Positions 53,076 to 63,165 of a stretch of DNA of 64,000 nt are shown here, piece after piece. The notes under the pieces are model-generated. The model ran no database searches. It saw nothing but the letters and a program-made list of their open reading frames with translations, and was not told the origin of the DNA. The stretch is from positions 24,196 through 88,195 of the forward strand of contig CAMYOG010000026.1 in assembly GCA_947259925.1 (NCBI GenBank). Direction: 5' to 3'. The translations under genes and the position numbers were made by a program. Source of the DNA: Thermoanaerobaculia bacterium. Lineage in GTDB: Bacteria; Acidobacteriota; Thermoanaerobaculia; Multivoradales; JAHEKO01. Within the stretch, counting starts at the first letter, position 1, and the number at the start of each line of letters is the position of its first letter.

Positions 53076-54120
53076 ATGGCACTCTTTCGGAAGAAGTTCC
53101 GCCTGACCGCCTGCGCCACCACCGGTGGTTGAGCGGCCAAGGTAGGTCCGGGGGACCTCTCAGAGCTGGTGGCTCCGTTGAGCCGTCTCGCCGCCGCCGA
53201 CGATCGCGTCCTGGTCGGCCCCGAGACCGGCGACGATGCCGGTGTCTTCCTGCTCGACGGCACGGCGCTGGTGGCGACCGCCGATTTCATCACCCCGGTG
53301 TGCGACGACGCCCGGCGCTATGGGAGGGTCGCTGCCGCCAACTCGATCTCCGACGTCTACGCGATGGGAGGGACCCCGCTCTTCGCGCTCAATCTGTGTT
53401 GCTTCCCGGACCGAGACGTACCCGAGGGTGTGCTGGCCGACATTCTGCTCGGCGCCAGCGACGCGGTCACCGAAGCCGGGGCGGCGACGCTCGGCGGGCA
53501 CTCGGTGCGCGACAACGAGCTGAAGTTCGGACTGGCCGTGGTCGGCCGCGCCGATCCCGAGCGGGTACTGACCAACGCGGCCGCACGCGCCGGCGAGGAG
53601 CTGGTCCTCACCAAGCCGCTCGGGACCGGAGTGATCGCCACGGCCCACAAGGCCGACGAGGTGCCCGACGCCGTGCTCGCGGAGGCAGTCCGCTGGATGA
53701 CCACGCTCAACAAGGAAGCCGCAGACGCACTCGCGGGACTGGACGTGCACGCGGTGACCGATGTCACCGGGTACGGACTCCTCGGTCATTTGCGGAACAT
53801 CCTTCGCAGCTGTGGCCATCGAGATCGTTTTCGAGCATCTCCCGGTACACGACGGCTTCTACGCCGCCCTGCGCAAGGGAGTCTCCACCGGCAGCACCGA
53901 CTGCAACCAGGAGAACACCACCGGCTTCTTCGAAGACCGCGCCGGCCTCGACCGCGAGCGGCTGGAGGTGCTGTTCGACCCCCAGACCTCGGGCGGGCTG
54001 CTCCTTTCGGTCGCGCCCGAGAAGACGGCGGCGTTGCTCGAGGCACTGATCGCATCGGGCCACCGGGCCGCCCACATCGGTCGGGTCGTCGACAGCCCGG
54101 TCGCGGTCAGGGTTCTGTGA
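53076..54120 (+). CDS. selD: Selenide, water dikinase SelD; selenoprotein (UGA=Sec at 53130) with a frameshift near 53805-53812 as sequenced
   Basis: RLTACATTGG-U-AAKVGP; DDAGV, TADFITP, ANSISDVYAMGG, GGHS, LTKPLGTG, TDVTGYGLLGHL; C-terminal DPQTSGGLL lies in the +1 frame (53761-54120 ORF). Confidence 0.88.
53130..53158 (+). promoter_or_regulatory. Bacterial SECIS-like hairpin
   Basis: UGA, 11 nt spacer, then AGGTCC-GGG-GGACCT stem-loop with G-containing loop. Confidence 0.7.
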
Positions 54121-55181
54121 GCTGGCTGATCTACGGCGCCAACGGCTATACCGGGGAGCTGTGCGCACGTGAGGCCGCCCGGCGCGGCCTCACGCCCGTG
54201 CTCGCCGGTCGCAGCGCCGACGCCGTACGGGCGCTCGCCGAAGAGCTCGGTCTCTCCCATCGGTCGTTCGGGCTCGACGACGAGACCGGCCTGCGGCAGG
54301 AACTGGCCGACGTCGACGCCGTCCTCCATTGCGCGGGACCATTCGTCCGCACCAGCCGGCCGATGGTCGAGGCCTGCCTCGCCACCTCGACGCACTATCT
54401 CGACATCACCGGCGAGATCGCGGTCTTCGAGGCATGCGCCCGGCTCGATCCGAAAGCGGAAGCCGCTGGGGTGGCACTGCTCCCCGGAGTCGGTTTCGAC
54501 GTCGTCCCCAGCGATTGCCTCGCCGCCCGCCTGGCCGAGAGCTTGCCCGGCGCGACCCACCTCGAGCTGGCCTTCCACTCCGAGGGCGGCTCGATGAGCC
54601 GTGGCACCCTCAAGACGATGATCGAGGCGCTTCCCTACGCCGGCGCGATCCGCGAGAACGGCAAGATCCGACCGGTACCGGCAGCGTTCGACTCCAAGAA
54701 GATCGAGTTTTCGTGTGGTCCGAGATGGGCGATGACCATCGCCTGGGGTGACGTCTCGACCGCCTACCGCTCGACCGGGATCCCGAACATCCGGGTCTAC
54801 AACGGAGCGCCGCCCGCAGCCATTCAGCGGATGAAGCGCATGCGGCCCCTGCTCCCGGTTGCCGGTCTGAAGCCGGTCAAGCGCTTGCTGCAGTGGTGGA
54901 TCGGGCGAACGGTCACCGGCCCCGACGCCACGGCTCGTAGCCGTGCACGGGCTTTTCTGTGGGGCGAGGCGCGGGCGGAAGATGGCACCACCGCGACCGC
55001 CACGCTCGAGACTCCCGAGGGGTACGCCTTCACCGCGGTCGCGGCGATCGAGTCGGTCACCCGCGTGCTGTCCGGCGAGACCCGGGCGGGCTGTCTGACG
55101 CCGTCGCTGGCTTTCGGAGCGGGCTTCGCGGAGTCGATCGAGGGGGTCGGCGAGCTGGCCGTGACCGTCGACCGCCGGTAG
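54117..55181 (+). CDS. Saccharopine dehydrogenase NADP-binding family oxidoreductase
   Basis: GTG overlapping selD stop; IYGANGYTG, AGRS, HCAGPF, YLDITGE, GFDVVPSD, WGDVSTA. Confidence 0.88.
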   Translation: MSWLIYGANGYTGELCAREAARRGLTPVLAGRSADAVRALAEELGLSHRSFGLDDETGLRQELADVDAVLHCAGPFVRTSRPMVEACLATSTHYLDITGEIAVFEACARLDPKAEAAGVALLPGVGFDVVPSDCLAARLAESLPGATHLELAFHSEGGSMSRGTLKTMIEALPYAGAIRENGKIRPVPAAFDSKKIEFSCGPRWAMTIAWGDVSTAYRSTGIPNIRVYNGAPPAAIQRMKRMRPLLPVAGLKPVKRLLQWWIGRTVTGPDATARSRARAFLWGEARAEDGTTATATLETPEGYAFTAVAAIESVTRVLSGETRAGCLTPSLAFGAGFAESIEGVGELAVTVDRR

Positions 55182-55198
55182 GTCGGAGCGTCATCGAG

Positions 55199-56350
55199 AT
55201 GTCGAAGCCGCTCGAGCTGGTCGCCACCTGCGCCCTCGGCCTGGAGGGATTGCTCGAAGAGGAGCTCGCCCGGCTGGGAGTCGCAGATCGGGCTCGCCAC
55301 AAGGGAGCGATCGGCTTCCACGGCGACTGGCGGGACGTCTGGCGCGCGAACTGGCGGCTGCGGACCGCCAATCGGGTTCTCGTGACTCTCGACAGCTGGC
55401 CGGCGGAGGACGGCGATGCGCTCGCCGCCGGTGCCGGCCGCCTGGTAGCGCGGCGCGAGCGCTCCTGGGGCGGCCTGGACTGCACGACGCTCTTTCAGCC
55501 ACACCGGACGCTCGCCGTCCGGGCGACGTCGAGCGCCTCGGTGCTGCGCGACGTGCGCTGGATCAACCTGCGGGTCAAGGACGGACTGGTCGATGCCCAG
55601 CGCCAGGCCTACGGCCGCCGTTCGTCGGTCGACAAGTCGTCACCCGACCTGCCGCTCCGAATCTGGCTGCACAAGGACCGGGCCACGCTCCTCCTCGACA
55701 CCTCGGGAGAGCCGCTCGATCGCCGCGGCTACCGTGTCCAGAGCACCGAGGCCCCGGTGCGCGAGACCATCGCGGCGGCTTGCGTCCTGGCCAGTCGCTG
55801 GGATGGCAGCGGCCCGGTCGTCGACCCGATGTGCGGCTCCGGGAGCCTGCTCGCCGAAGCCGGAAGCCTCGTCCTCGGTCGCGCACCCGGTTGGCTCCGC
55901 ACCGGCTGGAGCTTCCAGCGTCTCCCGAACTACGACCAGGAGCGATTTCAAGCGATCCGGCGCGAGCCGATTCCGGCCGGTGCGGACGGTCTGGAGCTAC
56001 ACGGGGTCGATCGATCACCCGAGGCGATCGAAGCCGCGCGCGCGAATCTCGCCCAGGCGCAGCTCGGCGAGCACGCCCGGCTCGTCTGCGGCGACGCGTT
56101 CGAGTTCCAGCCGCCGGCGACCGCCGGCCTCTTGCTGGTCAATCCCCCCTACGGCACCCGACTCGAGGGCGGGCGTGACCAGTGGCGCCGGCTCGGCGAT
56201 CTGATGAAGCAGCGCTATCCCGGGTGGCGTGCGGTAGTGCTCGCGGGCGACACCGATCGCGGCAAGCACATCGGCCTTCGCCCCTCGCAGCGAATGCCGG
56301 TCCGCAACGGCCCACTCGACGCACGCATCCTGGTGTTCGATCTCTACTGA
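55199..56350 (+). CDS. THUMP-domain class I SAM-dependent RNA methyltransferase (RlmL/YpsC-like)
   Basis: ATCALGLE, LRTANRV, DTSGEPLDRRGYR, APVRETIAA, DPMCGSG, NPPYG. Confidence 0.9.
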   Translation: MSKPLELVATCALGLEGLLEEELARLGVADRARHKGAIGFHGDWRDVWRANWRLRTANRVLVTLDSWPAEDGDALAAGAGRLVARRERSWGGLDCTTLFQPHRTLAVRATSSASVLRDVRWINLRVKDGLVDAQRQAYGRRSSVDKSSPDLPLRIWLHKDRATLLLDTSGEPLDRRGYRVQSTEAPVRETIAAACVLASRWDGSGPVVDPMCGSGSLLAEAGSLVLGRAPGWLRTGWSFQRLPNYDQERFQAIRREPIPAGADGLELHGVDRSPEAIEAARANLAQAQLGEHARLVCGDAFEFQPPATAGLLLVNPPYGTRLEGGRDQWRRLGDLMKQRYPGWRAVVLAGDTDRGKHIGLRPSQRMPVRNGPLDARILVFDLY

Positions 56351-56445
56351 GTTGAACGGGTCGCTATACTGCGGCCGAACTTCACCGATCAGCGGCCTGC
56401 CGCGTCTCGCTCGCCAGGCCAACGCCCGTACACGAGAGGGTCGAG

Positions 56446-56946
56446 ATGGAAGACCACGCCTTCGAGGACTTCAAGCTGAAGCTGGACTACCTGCAGGCGC
56501 AGTACCAGCGCCTCCTCGGTCGCTTCAACTTCTTCTTGACCGTGGAGATGGCGTTGTTCGGCGTCGTCGGTTGGCTGCTCTTCGAGAAGCTGAACGTCTC
56601 GGGCGCGCGCCTAGCGGCACTCCTGGGTCTGCCGGTGTCGATCCTGTGGTACGTCGTTGCCGCCGAGGACCGTGAGCTGGTCAGGCAGTACCGGGGCCGG
56701 GTCGAGAGGTCCGCGGAGAGAGTCGGCCAGGGTTTCGCCGTTGATCACGCCGCAAGGGAGCCGCAGTCGCGGTGGACGAGCATCGTCTCGTGGTATTCGG
56801 GTCGACTGAGCGTGACCCGCATCCCGGTCTACGCGGCGATTCTTGCGCTAGTGGCCTGGCTGTTCTTGCTGGCCGCCAGGACGAGCTGGCTCGAAGCCTT
56901 CCTGCCCCAGGTTCCGCCCGTCGTGAACCCGAATCCCGGCCCCTGA
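56446..56946 (+). CDS. Hypothetical 3-TM membrane protein
   Basis: GAGG SD; N-terminal helix followed by RFNFFLTVE and three hydrophobic segments. Confidence 0.7.
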   Translation: MEDHAFEDFKLKLDYLQAQYQRLLGRFNFFLTVEMALFGVVGWLLFEKLNVSGARLAALLGLPVSILWYVVAAEDRELVRQYRGRVERSAERVGQGFAVDHAAREPQSRWTSIVSWYSGRLSVTRIPVYAAILALVAWLFLLAARTSWLEAFLPQVPPVVNPNPGP

Positions 56947-56954
56947 TCTCTCGG

Positions 56955-58727
56955 CTACTCGGGCTCGAAGGTCACCCGCAGGTCGTCGATCACCGCCTGA
57001 TCGCGCCCGCGACGAAAGACCAGCGCCGCTTCGACCACCAGCCAGATCGCCATTACCAGCAGGATCGAGCCGACGACCAGAAGCGCGCCGGTGCCCTCGT
57101 CGAGCCGCCGCCAGAAGTCGGCCAGGTTCGAGACCATCGCGGTGATCGTCGACACCAGCATGAAGAGCATCGGCAGACCGGTGAACCAGATGCTCCGGCC
57201 GCGCTGCCGCAAGTAGAGGGTGACGGTCAGCAGCGCCAGGCCCGCGAGGAGCTGATTGATGGTGCCGAAGAGGGTCCAGAGGGCGAGGCCGGCCGGCCGG
57301 CCACCGACCTTGTAGAACGCGAAAAAGGCGATGACGCCCACCGCCAGCGCAGAGGCGAGGTAGCGGTTGTCGAGGACCTTGAGTCCTAGCGTCTCGCCGA
57401 TCTCAGAGATGTTGAAGCGCAGGAGACGGGTCGCCGAATCGAGGGTGGTGAGCGCGAACGAGACCACCACCACCGCTACGAAGGCCGTCGCCAGCTTCTG
57501 GTCGGCGATGCCGAGCCGCTCGATGAAATGACCGGCCCCGGTGATGAAGACTCCGAGCTGGCGGCCCAGCCCCTGCATCGAGCCCCAGTCGGCGTAGGTC
57601 GACCTCCAGACGTCGGCGGCGGGAATGCCCTGGGCACCGAGCACGCCCGCGGTGCATGCGAGCACGGCCAGAAGACCGAGCAGCGACTCGCCGAGCATGC
57701 CGCCGTAGCCGATGAAACGGGCGTCGCGCTCGTTGGCGATCTGCTTCGCGGTGGTGCCCGAAGAGACCAGCGAATGGAACCCGCTCGCCGCTCCGCAGGC
57801 GATGATGATGAAGACGAACGGGTAGAAGGCCGGCGCGCCCTCGGGCTCCGGCCGGAACGCCGGCGCCACGAACTCGGGTCGCGACAGGAAGATGCCGGCG
57901 TAGGCCAGAAGCAGACCCAGATAGAGCAACAGCGAGTTGAGGAAGTCGCGCGCCTGGAGCAGGCTCCAGACCGGCAGCACCGAGGCAACGAACGAGTAGG
58001 CGAGCAGGATCGAGATCCAGCCGGACATCTCCGGCCAGGCCGCGCGCTCGAGCCCGAGCAGTGGCCACTCGACGCCAGCCCAGACCGCGAGCAGCATCAG
58101 GGCGAAGCCGACCGCGGTGGTCGGAATGAGGGGGAACTTCCTTCGATAGAGCAGATACCCCATCACCAGCGCCATCGCGATCAGCGCGCCCGACGGCAGC
58201 ACCGCGGTCGGGAACGAGGCGGTATCTGCGAGCGGCTGCTGCGGATCCCATTCGGGCGAGATGCTAAACAGGACGGCGATGACGTAGACGAAGACGCCCA
58301 TCGCCAGTGCCACACCGAAGAAGATCACCAGATGGAAGAGGGTCTTGGCGCGGTGGCCGATGATTCCCTCGGCGACCTTGCCGATCGACATACCGCGGGC
58401 GCGCATCGACACCACCAGGGCGCTGAAGTCGTGAACGCAGCCGACCAGGAGCGCTCCGAGGACCACCCAGAGCATCGCCGGCACCCAGCCCCAGATGACC
58501 GCGACCGCCGGGCCGAGCATCGGCGACAGCCCGGTGATCGACGCCCAGTGATGGCCGAACAGGACGAAGCGGTTGGTCGGCACGTAGTCGATGCCGTCCT
58601 CGAGCTCGTGCGCCGGGGTGCGGGCGCCCGGGTCGAGAGAAAAGACCTTCTCCGACAGGTACTTCGAGTAGAACCGAAAGCCGACGAAGTAGGCGAGCAG
58701 GCAGACGGCGGTGACGAGAGCTGCCAT
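56955..58727 (-). CDS. cstA: Carbon starvation protein A family transporter
   Basis: TPAHELEDGIDYVPT, LFGHHWASITG, VHDF, IACGAASGFHSL, GYGGMLGE, TTLDSATRL, LWTLFGTINQL. Confidence 0.92.
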   Translation of the reverse strand: MAALVTAVCLLAYFVGFRFYSKYLSEKVFSLDPGARTPAHELEDGIDYVPTNRFVLFGHHWASITGLSPMLGPAVAVIWGWVPAMLWVVLGALLVGCVHDFSALVVSMRARGMSIGKVAEGIIGHRAKTLFHLVIFFGVALAMGVFVYVIAVLFSISPEWDPQQPLADTASFPTAVLPSGALIAMALVMGYLLYRRKFPLIPTTAVGFALMLLAVWAGVEWPLLGLERAAWPEMSGWISILLAYSFVASVLPVWSLLQARDFLNSLLLYLGLLLAYAGIFLSRPEFVAPAFRPEPEGAPAFYPFVFIIIACGAASGFHSLVSSGTTAKQIANERDARFIGYGGMLGESLLGLLAVLACTAGVLGAQGIPAADVWRSTYADWGSMQGLGRQLGVFITGAGHFIERLGIADQKLATAFVAVVVVSFALTTLDSATRLLRFNISEIGETLGLKVLDNRYLASALAVGVIAFFAFYKVGGRPAGLALWTLFGTINQLLAGLALLTVTLYLRQRGRSIWFTGLPMLFMLVSTITAMVSNLADFWRRLDEGTGALLVVGSILLVMAIWLVVEAALVFRRGRDQAVIDDLRVTFEPE

Positions 58728-58751
58728 CGAGACCTGGGAGGATACCCTCCC

Positions 58752-60059
58752 CTACCTGATCACGAGAATCCGCTCGTTGGCCGGGTAGAGCCACTCGACG
58801 CCACGGGCGGTCACGACCGCGTCGTCTTCGAGCGGGATGCGTACCTTCTTGCCGCCCCAATCGGGGTTGGCGGTGTAGGCGAAGAGCTCGATCGACAGCA
58901 GATTCGTCGGGTGGAGCGTGTAGCCCATCCGGGTCGGATTGAAAGAGGCGATCGACGGACCGATACCGTGGCCGGAGTTGCCGACCGAGTGGCAGCCGAT
59001 CACCACGTCGGTGACCGCCGAATCGTCACTCGGCTGGTTGAACTCGATCCGGTTGAATCCCGCGGCCTCGAGCGCGGCGTAGATCTCCGCTTCGGCCTCG
59101 GCGGCGGTGACTCCCGGCCGGATGGTGCGTGTGATCACCTCGCGGGCCTCCGTACCGCGGTCGAACGCCAGCTGCAGACTCTCCGGAACCCCGTCCTCGC
59201 CCTCGCGGAGGACGTAGGCGATCCGCTTCATGTCGGTGTAGTAGTTGAGGAAGCCGACGCCCCAGTCGATCATCAGCAGATCACCTCGGCGGATGATCCG
59301 ATCGTTCGACAGCGCCTCGATCCCTTCAGGCCCGGTGACGTAGATCGACGGCAGCCCGAACGAGGTGTCGAGACCGAGCTCCAGCAGCCGGTCCATCAGC
59401 CACCAGGCGACGTCTTCGAGCGTCGTCACCCCCGGGGCGATCACCTCGTTCGAGAAGGCCCGCTCGGCCAGACGACGCGAAAGCTCGCCGGCCTCGGCGA
59501 ATGCCGCCAGCTCGCTCGCCACCCGCCGGGAGCGAAAGTCGGAGACCAGCCTCTCGGCAGCGACCATCCGCGACGCGTACGGCTCGCCGAGAGTCTCGGC
59601 GATCTGTTCATAGCCCGAGTGCGAGAGCAGGTCGGCCGGGCCGATCGTGCGCGAGATGTTGAGACCGATCCGCTGCGGGTCGCGCTCGGTCACGAACGCC
59701 CTGAACCGGTCGACGGGCAGAAAGTGGTCGTAGGCGCCACTCCGCTCGAGCCGCGGCCCGTCGATGCCGATCACCGCGCGCTCGATCCGGTCGCCGCCCA
59801 GGTCAGTAAAGACATAGTACCCGTGGTCCATCGTGTAGCCGTGGCCGAAGTCGGGATGGAGCGTGCCGTAGTTGGCCTCGCGGATCATCGTGATCCACAT
59901 GTCGATGCCGTTCTCCCGCATCACCTCGGGCAGGACCAGATCGAACTTCTGCCGCCGGATCTCGTTCATCCGCTCCCACCGCTTGCGCGCCTCCTGCGCC
60001 TGGATCGACGGCGTGAGGAGCGCACAGGTGACGATCAGACCGATCAGCTTCGACATCAT
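58752..60059 (-). CDS. Exported M24 (Xaa-Pro aminopeptidase-like) peptidase
   Basis: Signal peptide; GDLLMIDWG, YTDMKR, HSVGNSGHG, SIE, LEDD metal ligands. Confidence 0.85.
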   Translation of the reverse strand: MMSKLIGLIVTCALLTPSIQAQEARKRWERMNEIRRQKFDLVLPEVMRENGIDMWITMIREANYGTLHPDFGHGYTMDHGYYVFTDLGGDRIERAVIGIDGPRLERSGAYDHFLPVDRFRAFVTERDPQRIGLNISRTIGPADLLSHSGYEQIAETLGEPYASRMVAAERLVSDFRSRRVASELAAFAEAGELSRRLAERAFSNEVIAPGVTTLEDVAWWLMDRLLELGLDTSFGLPSIYVTGPEGIEALSNDRIIRRGDLLMIDWGVGFLNYYTDMKRIAYVLREGEDGVPESLQLAFDRGTEAREVITRTIRPGVTAAEAEAEIYAALEAAGFNRIEFNQPSDDSAVTDVVIGCHSVGNSGHGIGPSIASFNPTRMGYTLHPTNLLSIELFAYTANPDWGGKKVRIPLEDDAVVTARGVEWLYPANERILVIR

Positions 60060-60198
60060 TGGCTCTCCGCGAGTGGCTTGTACTGCAGGCGTCCGAACCG
60101 GGCGATGTCGCCGATGATAGTGGAACCGTCCAGGGCCGTGTAACAACTCGGGAGCTGCGGAGTCCTAGTCTCTGAAAGCACTCGAAGGGAGATCTCCG

Positions 60199-61947
60199 AT
60201 GCCGCGATCACTCAGGCGCCCGGCCGCCCTGTTCCTGCTGACCTTCGGGCTCGGCTCCGTTCTCGCTCTGGCCCAGCACGTTCCGCCGGCGGCCGACGCC
60301 CCGCAACGACCCGACCCCGAGAGCCTGACGGCGGCCGACTGGCAGGCCGACCTCGAGTTCCTGGCCGCGGCGATCGAGCGCCAGCATCCACGTCCCTACC
60401 ATTCGATCTCCAGGCAGGATTTCCAGGCAGAGGTCCGTGCTCTGCACGACCGCCTGCCCGAGCTCGACACCGACCAGACCCTGGTCGAGCTCGCCCGCTT
60501 GGTGGCCCGCCTCGGCCCCGGCGACGGGCACAGCCGGGTGCGGCTCGAGCGTGGCTTCATCCGCAGCCAGCTGCCGCTCCGCTTCTACCTGTTCGAGGAC
60601 CAGCTCTACATCACCTCGGCGGCCCCGGCGTACGGCCACCTGGCCGGTAGTCGCGTCCTGTCACTCAGCGGCGTCGCGGCGGACACCGCCGTCGCCAAGG
60701 TGGGCGAGATCGTCGCCGCCGACAACGCCTTTCACCGGCGACTCAACGCGGCTCTCTATCTGGCGGCGCCAGAGGTACTGCGTGGACTCGGCCTTGCCGA
60801 CCCGGACGGTGTCACGCTCGGGGTCGAAGGCTCCGACACGCCTCAGAAGGTCGCGTTCGCCCCTTGGCCCGAGGACCCGGAGGAGCTCTTCTCGAAGCCC
60901 GCCTACGACCCCGCCCGGTTGGGCTCACCCCCCGGGTGGGTGACCATGCGACCCGCAGAGACACCGGTGCCGCTCTACCTCAGCCGACCGAGCGACCGCT
61001 ACTGGCACCAGGAGCTGTCATCCGACGCCGGCCGCGTTCTCTACGCACAGGTCAACGTGGTCGGTAATCAGGAGGGCGAGCCGTCGCTCGCCGACTTCTA
61101 CGGCGAGCTCCTCGCCAGGGCCGAGTCTGGATCGTACGAGAAGCTGGTAATCGACGTGCGCCTCAACGGCGGCGGCAACAACTTCCTGAACCGGGCCCTG
61201 ATTCACGGTCTGATCCGGAGCGACGTGATGAACGTCCGCGGTCGCACCTATGTACTTCTCGGACGCACGACGTTCTCGGCTGCCGGCAACCTGGTCACCA
61301 AGCTCAGTCACGAGACCGACGTCGTCTTCGCCGGCGAGCCTTCCGGCGCCTCGCCAAATCACTTTGGCGATGCGCGGCCCGTCACGCTGCCTCGCAGCGG
61401 CCTACAGGTGTCGATCTCGACCCTCTACTGGCAGGACGGCGGGCCGATGGACGAGCGGCCCTGGGTGGCGCCCGACATCGCGGTCGATCTCGCCGCCGCC
61501 GACTTCGCCGCTGGTCGCGATCCGGTGCTGGAGGCCGTCCTCGCTCTCGACCCCGCGACGGTCGGCGCCTCCTTCGATGACCTGCTGACCCAGGCGTACA
61601 CCGAGGGTGGAATCGAGGCGGCCATCGCTGCCTACCGTGCGTACCGGGCTGATCCCTTCCATCGCTACGCCGAGACCGAGCGCTACATGAACCGAGCGGG
61701 GTACTTTCTGCTTCGGGACGGTCGGCTCGAAGACGCGATTCGGATCTTCGAGCTCAATGTCGAGGCGTATCCCGAGAGCTTCAACGTCTGGGACAGCCTG
61801 GGCGAGGCGCTACTGGAGGCTGGCCGCTACCACGAGGCGGCCCAGAACTACGCCAGGTCCCTCGAGCTCAACCCGGCCAACAGCAACGCCGAGCGGATGC
61901 TGGAGCGGATCCGCGCAGCAGCGAACGCGCACCGGCAGGACGGCTGA
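60199..61947 (+). CDS. Exported S41-like peptidase with C-terminal TPR
   Basis: Signal peptide; DGHS, IDVRLNGGG, TFSAA, GEPSG, PDI; TPR FNVWDSLGEA. Confidence 0.8.
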   Translation: MPRSLRRPAALFLLTFGLGSVLALAQHVPPAADAPQRPDPESLTAADWQADLEFLAAAIERQHPRPYHSISRQDFQAEVRALHDRLPELDTDQTLVELARLVARLGPGDGHSRVRLERGFIRSQLPLRFYLFEDQLYITSAAPAYGHLAGSRVLSLSGVAADTAVAKVGEIVAADNAFHRRLNAALYLAAPEVLRGLGLADPDGVTLGVEGSDTPQKVAFAPWPEDPEELFSKPAYDPARLGSPPGWVTMRPAETPVPLYLSRPSDRYWHQELSSDAGRVLYAQVNVVGNQEGEPSLADFYGELLARAESGSYEKLVIDVRLNGGGNNFLNRALIHGLIRSDVMNVRGRTYVLLGRTTFSAAGNLVTKLSHETDVVFAGEPSGASPNHFGDARPVTLPRSGLQVSISTLYWQDGGPMDERPWVAPDIAVDLAAADFAAGRDPVLEAVLALDPATVGASFDDLLTQAYTEGGIEAAIAAYRAYRADPFHRYAETERYMNRAGYFLLRDGRLEDAIRIFELNVEAYPESFNVWDSLGEALLEAGRYHEAAQNYARSLELNPANSNAERMLERIRAAANAHRQDG

Positions 61948-61950
61948 GAT

Positions 61951-62628
61951 CTAGATCGACAACGACCCGCCGTTGTCTGCCGGGCCGAGGCGCAACAGGA
62001 ACGGTATCGACCTCTTCGCCCACTCCTCGGCTGTGGGATGCGCCGCGGCGCCGTCGCCCCAGGCCGTCTGCAGCATGTCGGTGTTGATGATGCCGGGATT
62101 GAGTGCGATCGCCGCCATCCCGTCAGGCAGCTCCTGCGCCAGCGCCTGGGTCATCCCCTCGACCGCGAACTTGGTTGCGCAGTAGGGCGCCACTCCCGGG
62201 GCGGTCGAGCGCCCCCAGCCCGAGCTGAAGTTGACCACCACCCCGCTGCCGCGCTCGACCATGGCCGGCAGGAAGGCCCGGAGCACCCGATAGACACCGC
62301 CGATGTTCACCGCCATGAGCCGGTCGAACTCCTCCGCCGGCACTCTCCAGAGCTCGGTCACCCGGTTGATCAGGCCGGCGTTGTTGATCAGAAGATCCGG
62401 GGCGCCGTAGTGACCGAGCAGATCCTCGGCCCAGAGGTTGACGTCGTCGCCGGCGACATCGACGGCCTGGAAATCGTGCGGCTCGCCGAGCGCAGCGGCG
62501 AGCTCGGCCTGATCTCCCGCGTCTCGGCCGCAGCCGAGCACCGTGTGGCCGGCGTGCGCGAAGCCGTGTGCCATCGCCCGGCCGAGGCCACGGCTGGCAC
62601 CGGTGATGACGACGGTCGAGCTCGCCAT
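61951..62628 (-). CDS. Short-chain dehydrogenase/reductase
   Basis: TGASRGLG, NNAG, SSGWG, YCATK, NPG. Confidence 0.92.
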   Translation of the reverse strand: MASSTVVITGASRGLGRAMAHGFAHAGHTVLGCGRDAGDQAELAAALGEPHDFQAVDVAGDDVNLWAEDLLGHYGAPDLLINNAGLINRVTELWRVPAEEFDRLMAVNIGGVYRVLRAFLPAMVERGSGVVVNFSSGWGRSTAPGVAPYCATKFAVEGMTQALAQELPDGMAAIALNPGIINTDMLQTAWGDGAAAHPTAEEWAKRSIPFLLRLGPADNGGSLSI

Positions 62629-62633
62629 CGGGC

Positions 62634-63137
62634 TCAAGACGGCCGGGTCAGGCTCTTCGAGTCCCGCAGGACCTTCTCGGCGCGCGAAGCCCGGTAGCGC
62701 ACGACCGCGTCCCGTATCTGGTCGTCCGCCACGCCGAGGATCTGGGCGGCCAGGATCGCGGCGTTGATCGCCCCGGCCTTGCCGATCGCCAGCGTTCCGA
62801 CCGGTACACCGGCCGGCATTTGCACCATCGACAGGAGCGAGTCCATCCCCTTGAGTGCCTTCGACTCGATCGGTATCCCGAGCACCGGACGGTCGGTGTG
62901 TGCGGCGACCACCCCCGCCAGATGCGCCGCTCCACCGGCGGCGGCGATGAAGACTTCGACGCCATGGGCGTCGGCCTCCTCGACGAACTCTTGCAGCGCG
63001 GCGGGCGTCCGATGCGCCGAGAGGGCGCGCACCTCGCTGTCGATACCGAGCTGATCGAGCGTCGCGACACAGTGCTCCATGGTCGTCCAGTCCGACGTCG
63101 AGCCCATCACTACAACGACACGTGCGGTCTCTTTCAC
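62634..63137 (-). CDS. purE: N5-carboxyaminoimidazole ribonucleotide mutase
   Basis: MGSTSD, SAHRTP, AGGAAHLAG, DSLLSMVQMPAGVPV, NAAILA. Confidence 0.95.
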   Translation of the reverse strand: MKETARVVVVMGSTSDWTTMEHCVATLDQLGIDSEVRALSAHRTPAALQEFVEEADAHGVEVFIAAAGGAAHLAGVVAAHTDRPVLGIPIESKALKGMDSLLSMVQMPAGVPVGTLAIGKAGAINAAILAAQILGVADDQIRDAVVRYRASRAEKVLRDSKSLTRPS

Positions 63138-63165
63138 GGCGCGGAGGCTAGCACAGGGGTGCCCG

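Noticed and set aside
53169-55181. 670-aa SelD-saccharopine dehydrogenase fusion in the ORF track
   Set aside because: The middle ~100 aa are off-frame SelD sequence. The real SelD C-terminus is in the +1 frame and the downstream gene has its own GTG at 54117.
60139-60172. Possible ECF sigma promoter (TGTAAC-N16-17-GTC) before the S41-like peptidase
   Set aside because: Motif too short and degenerate to support without TSS data.
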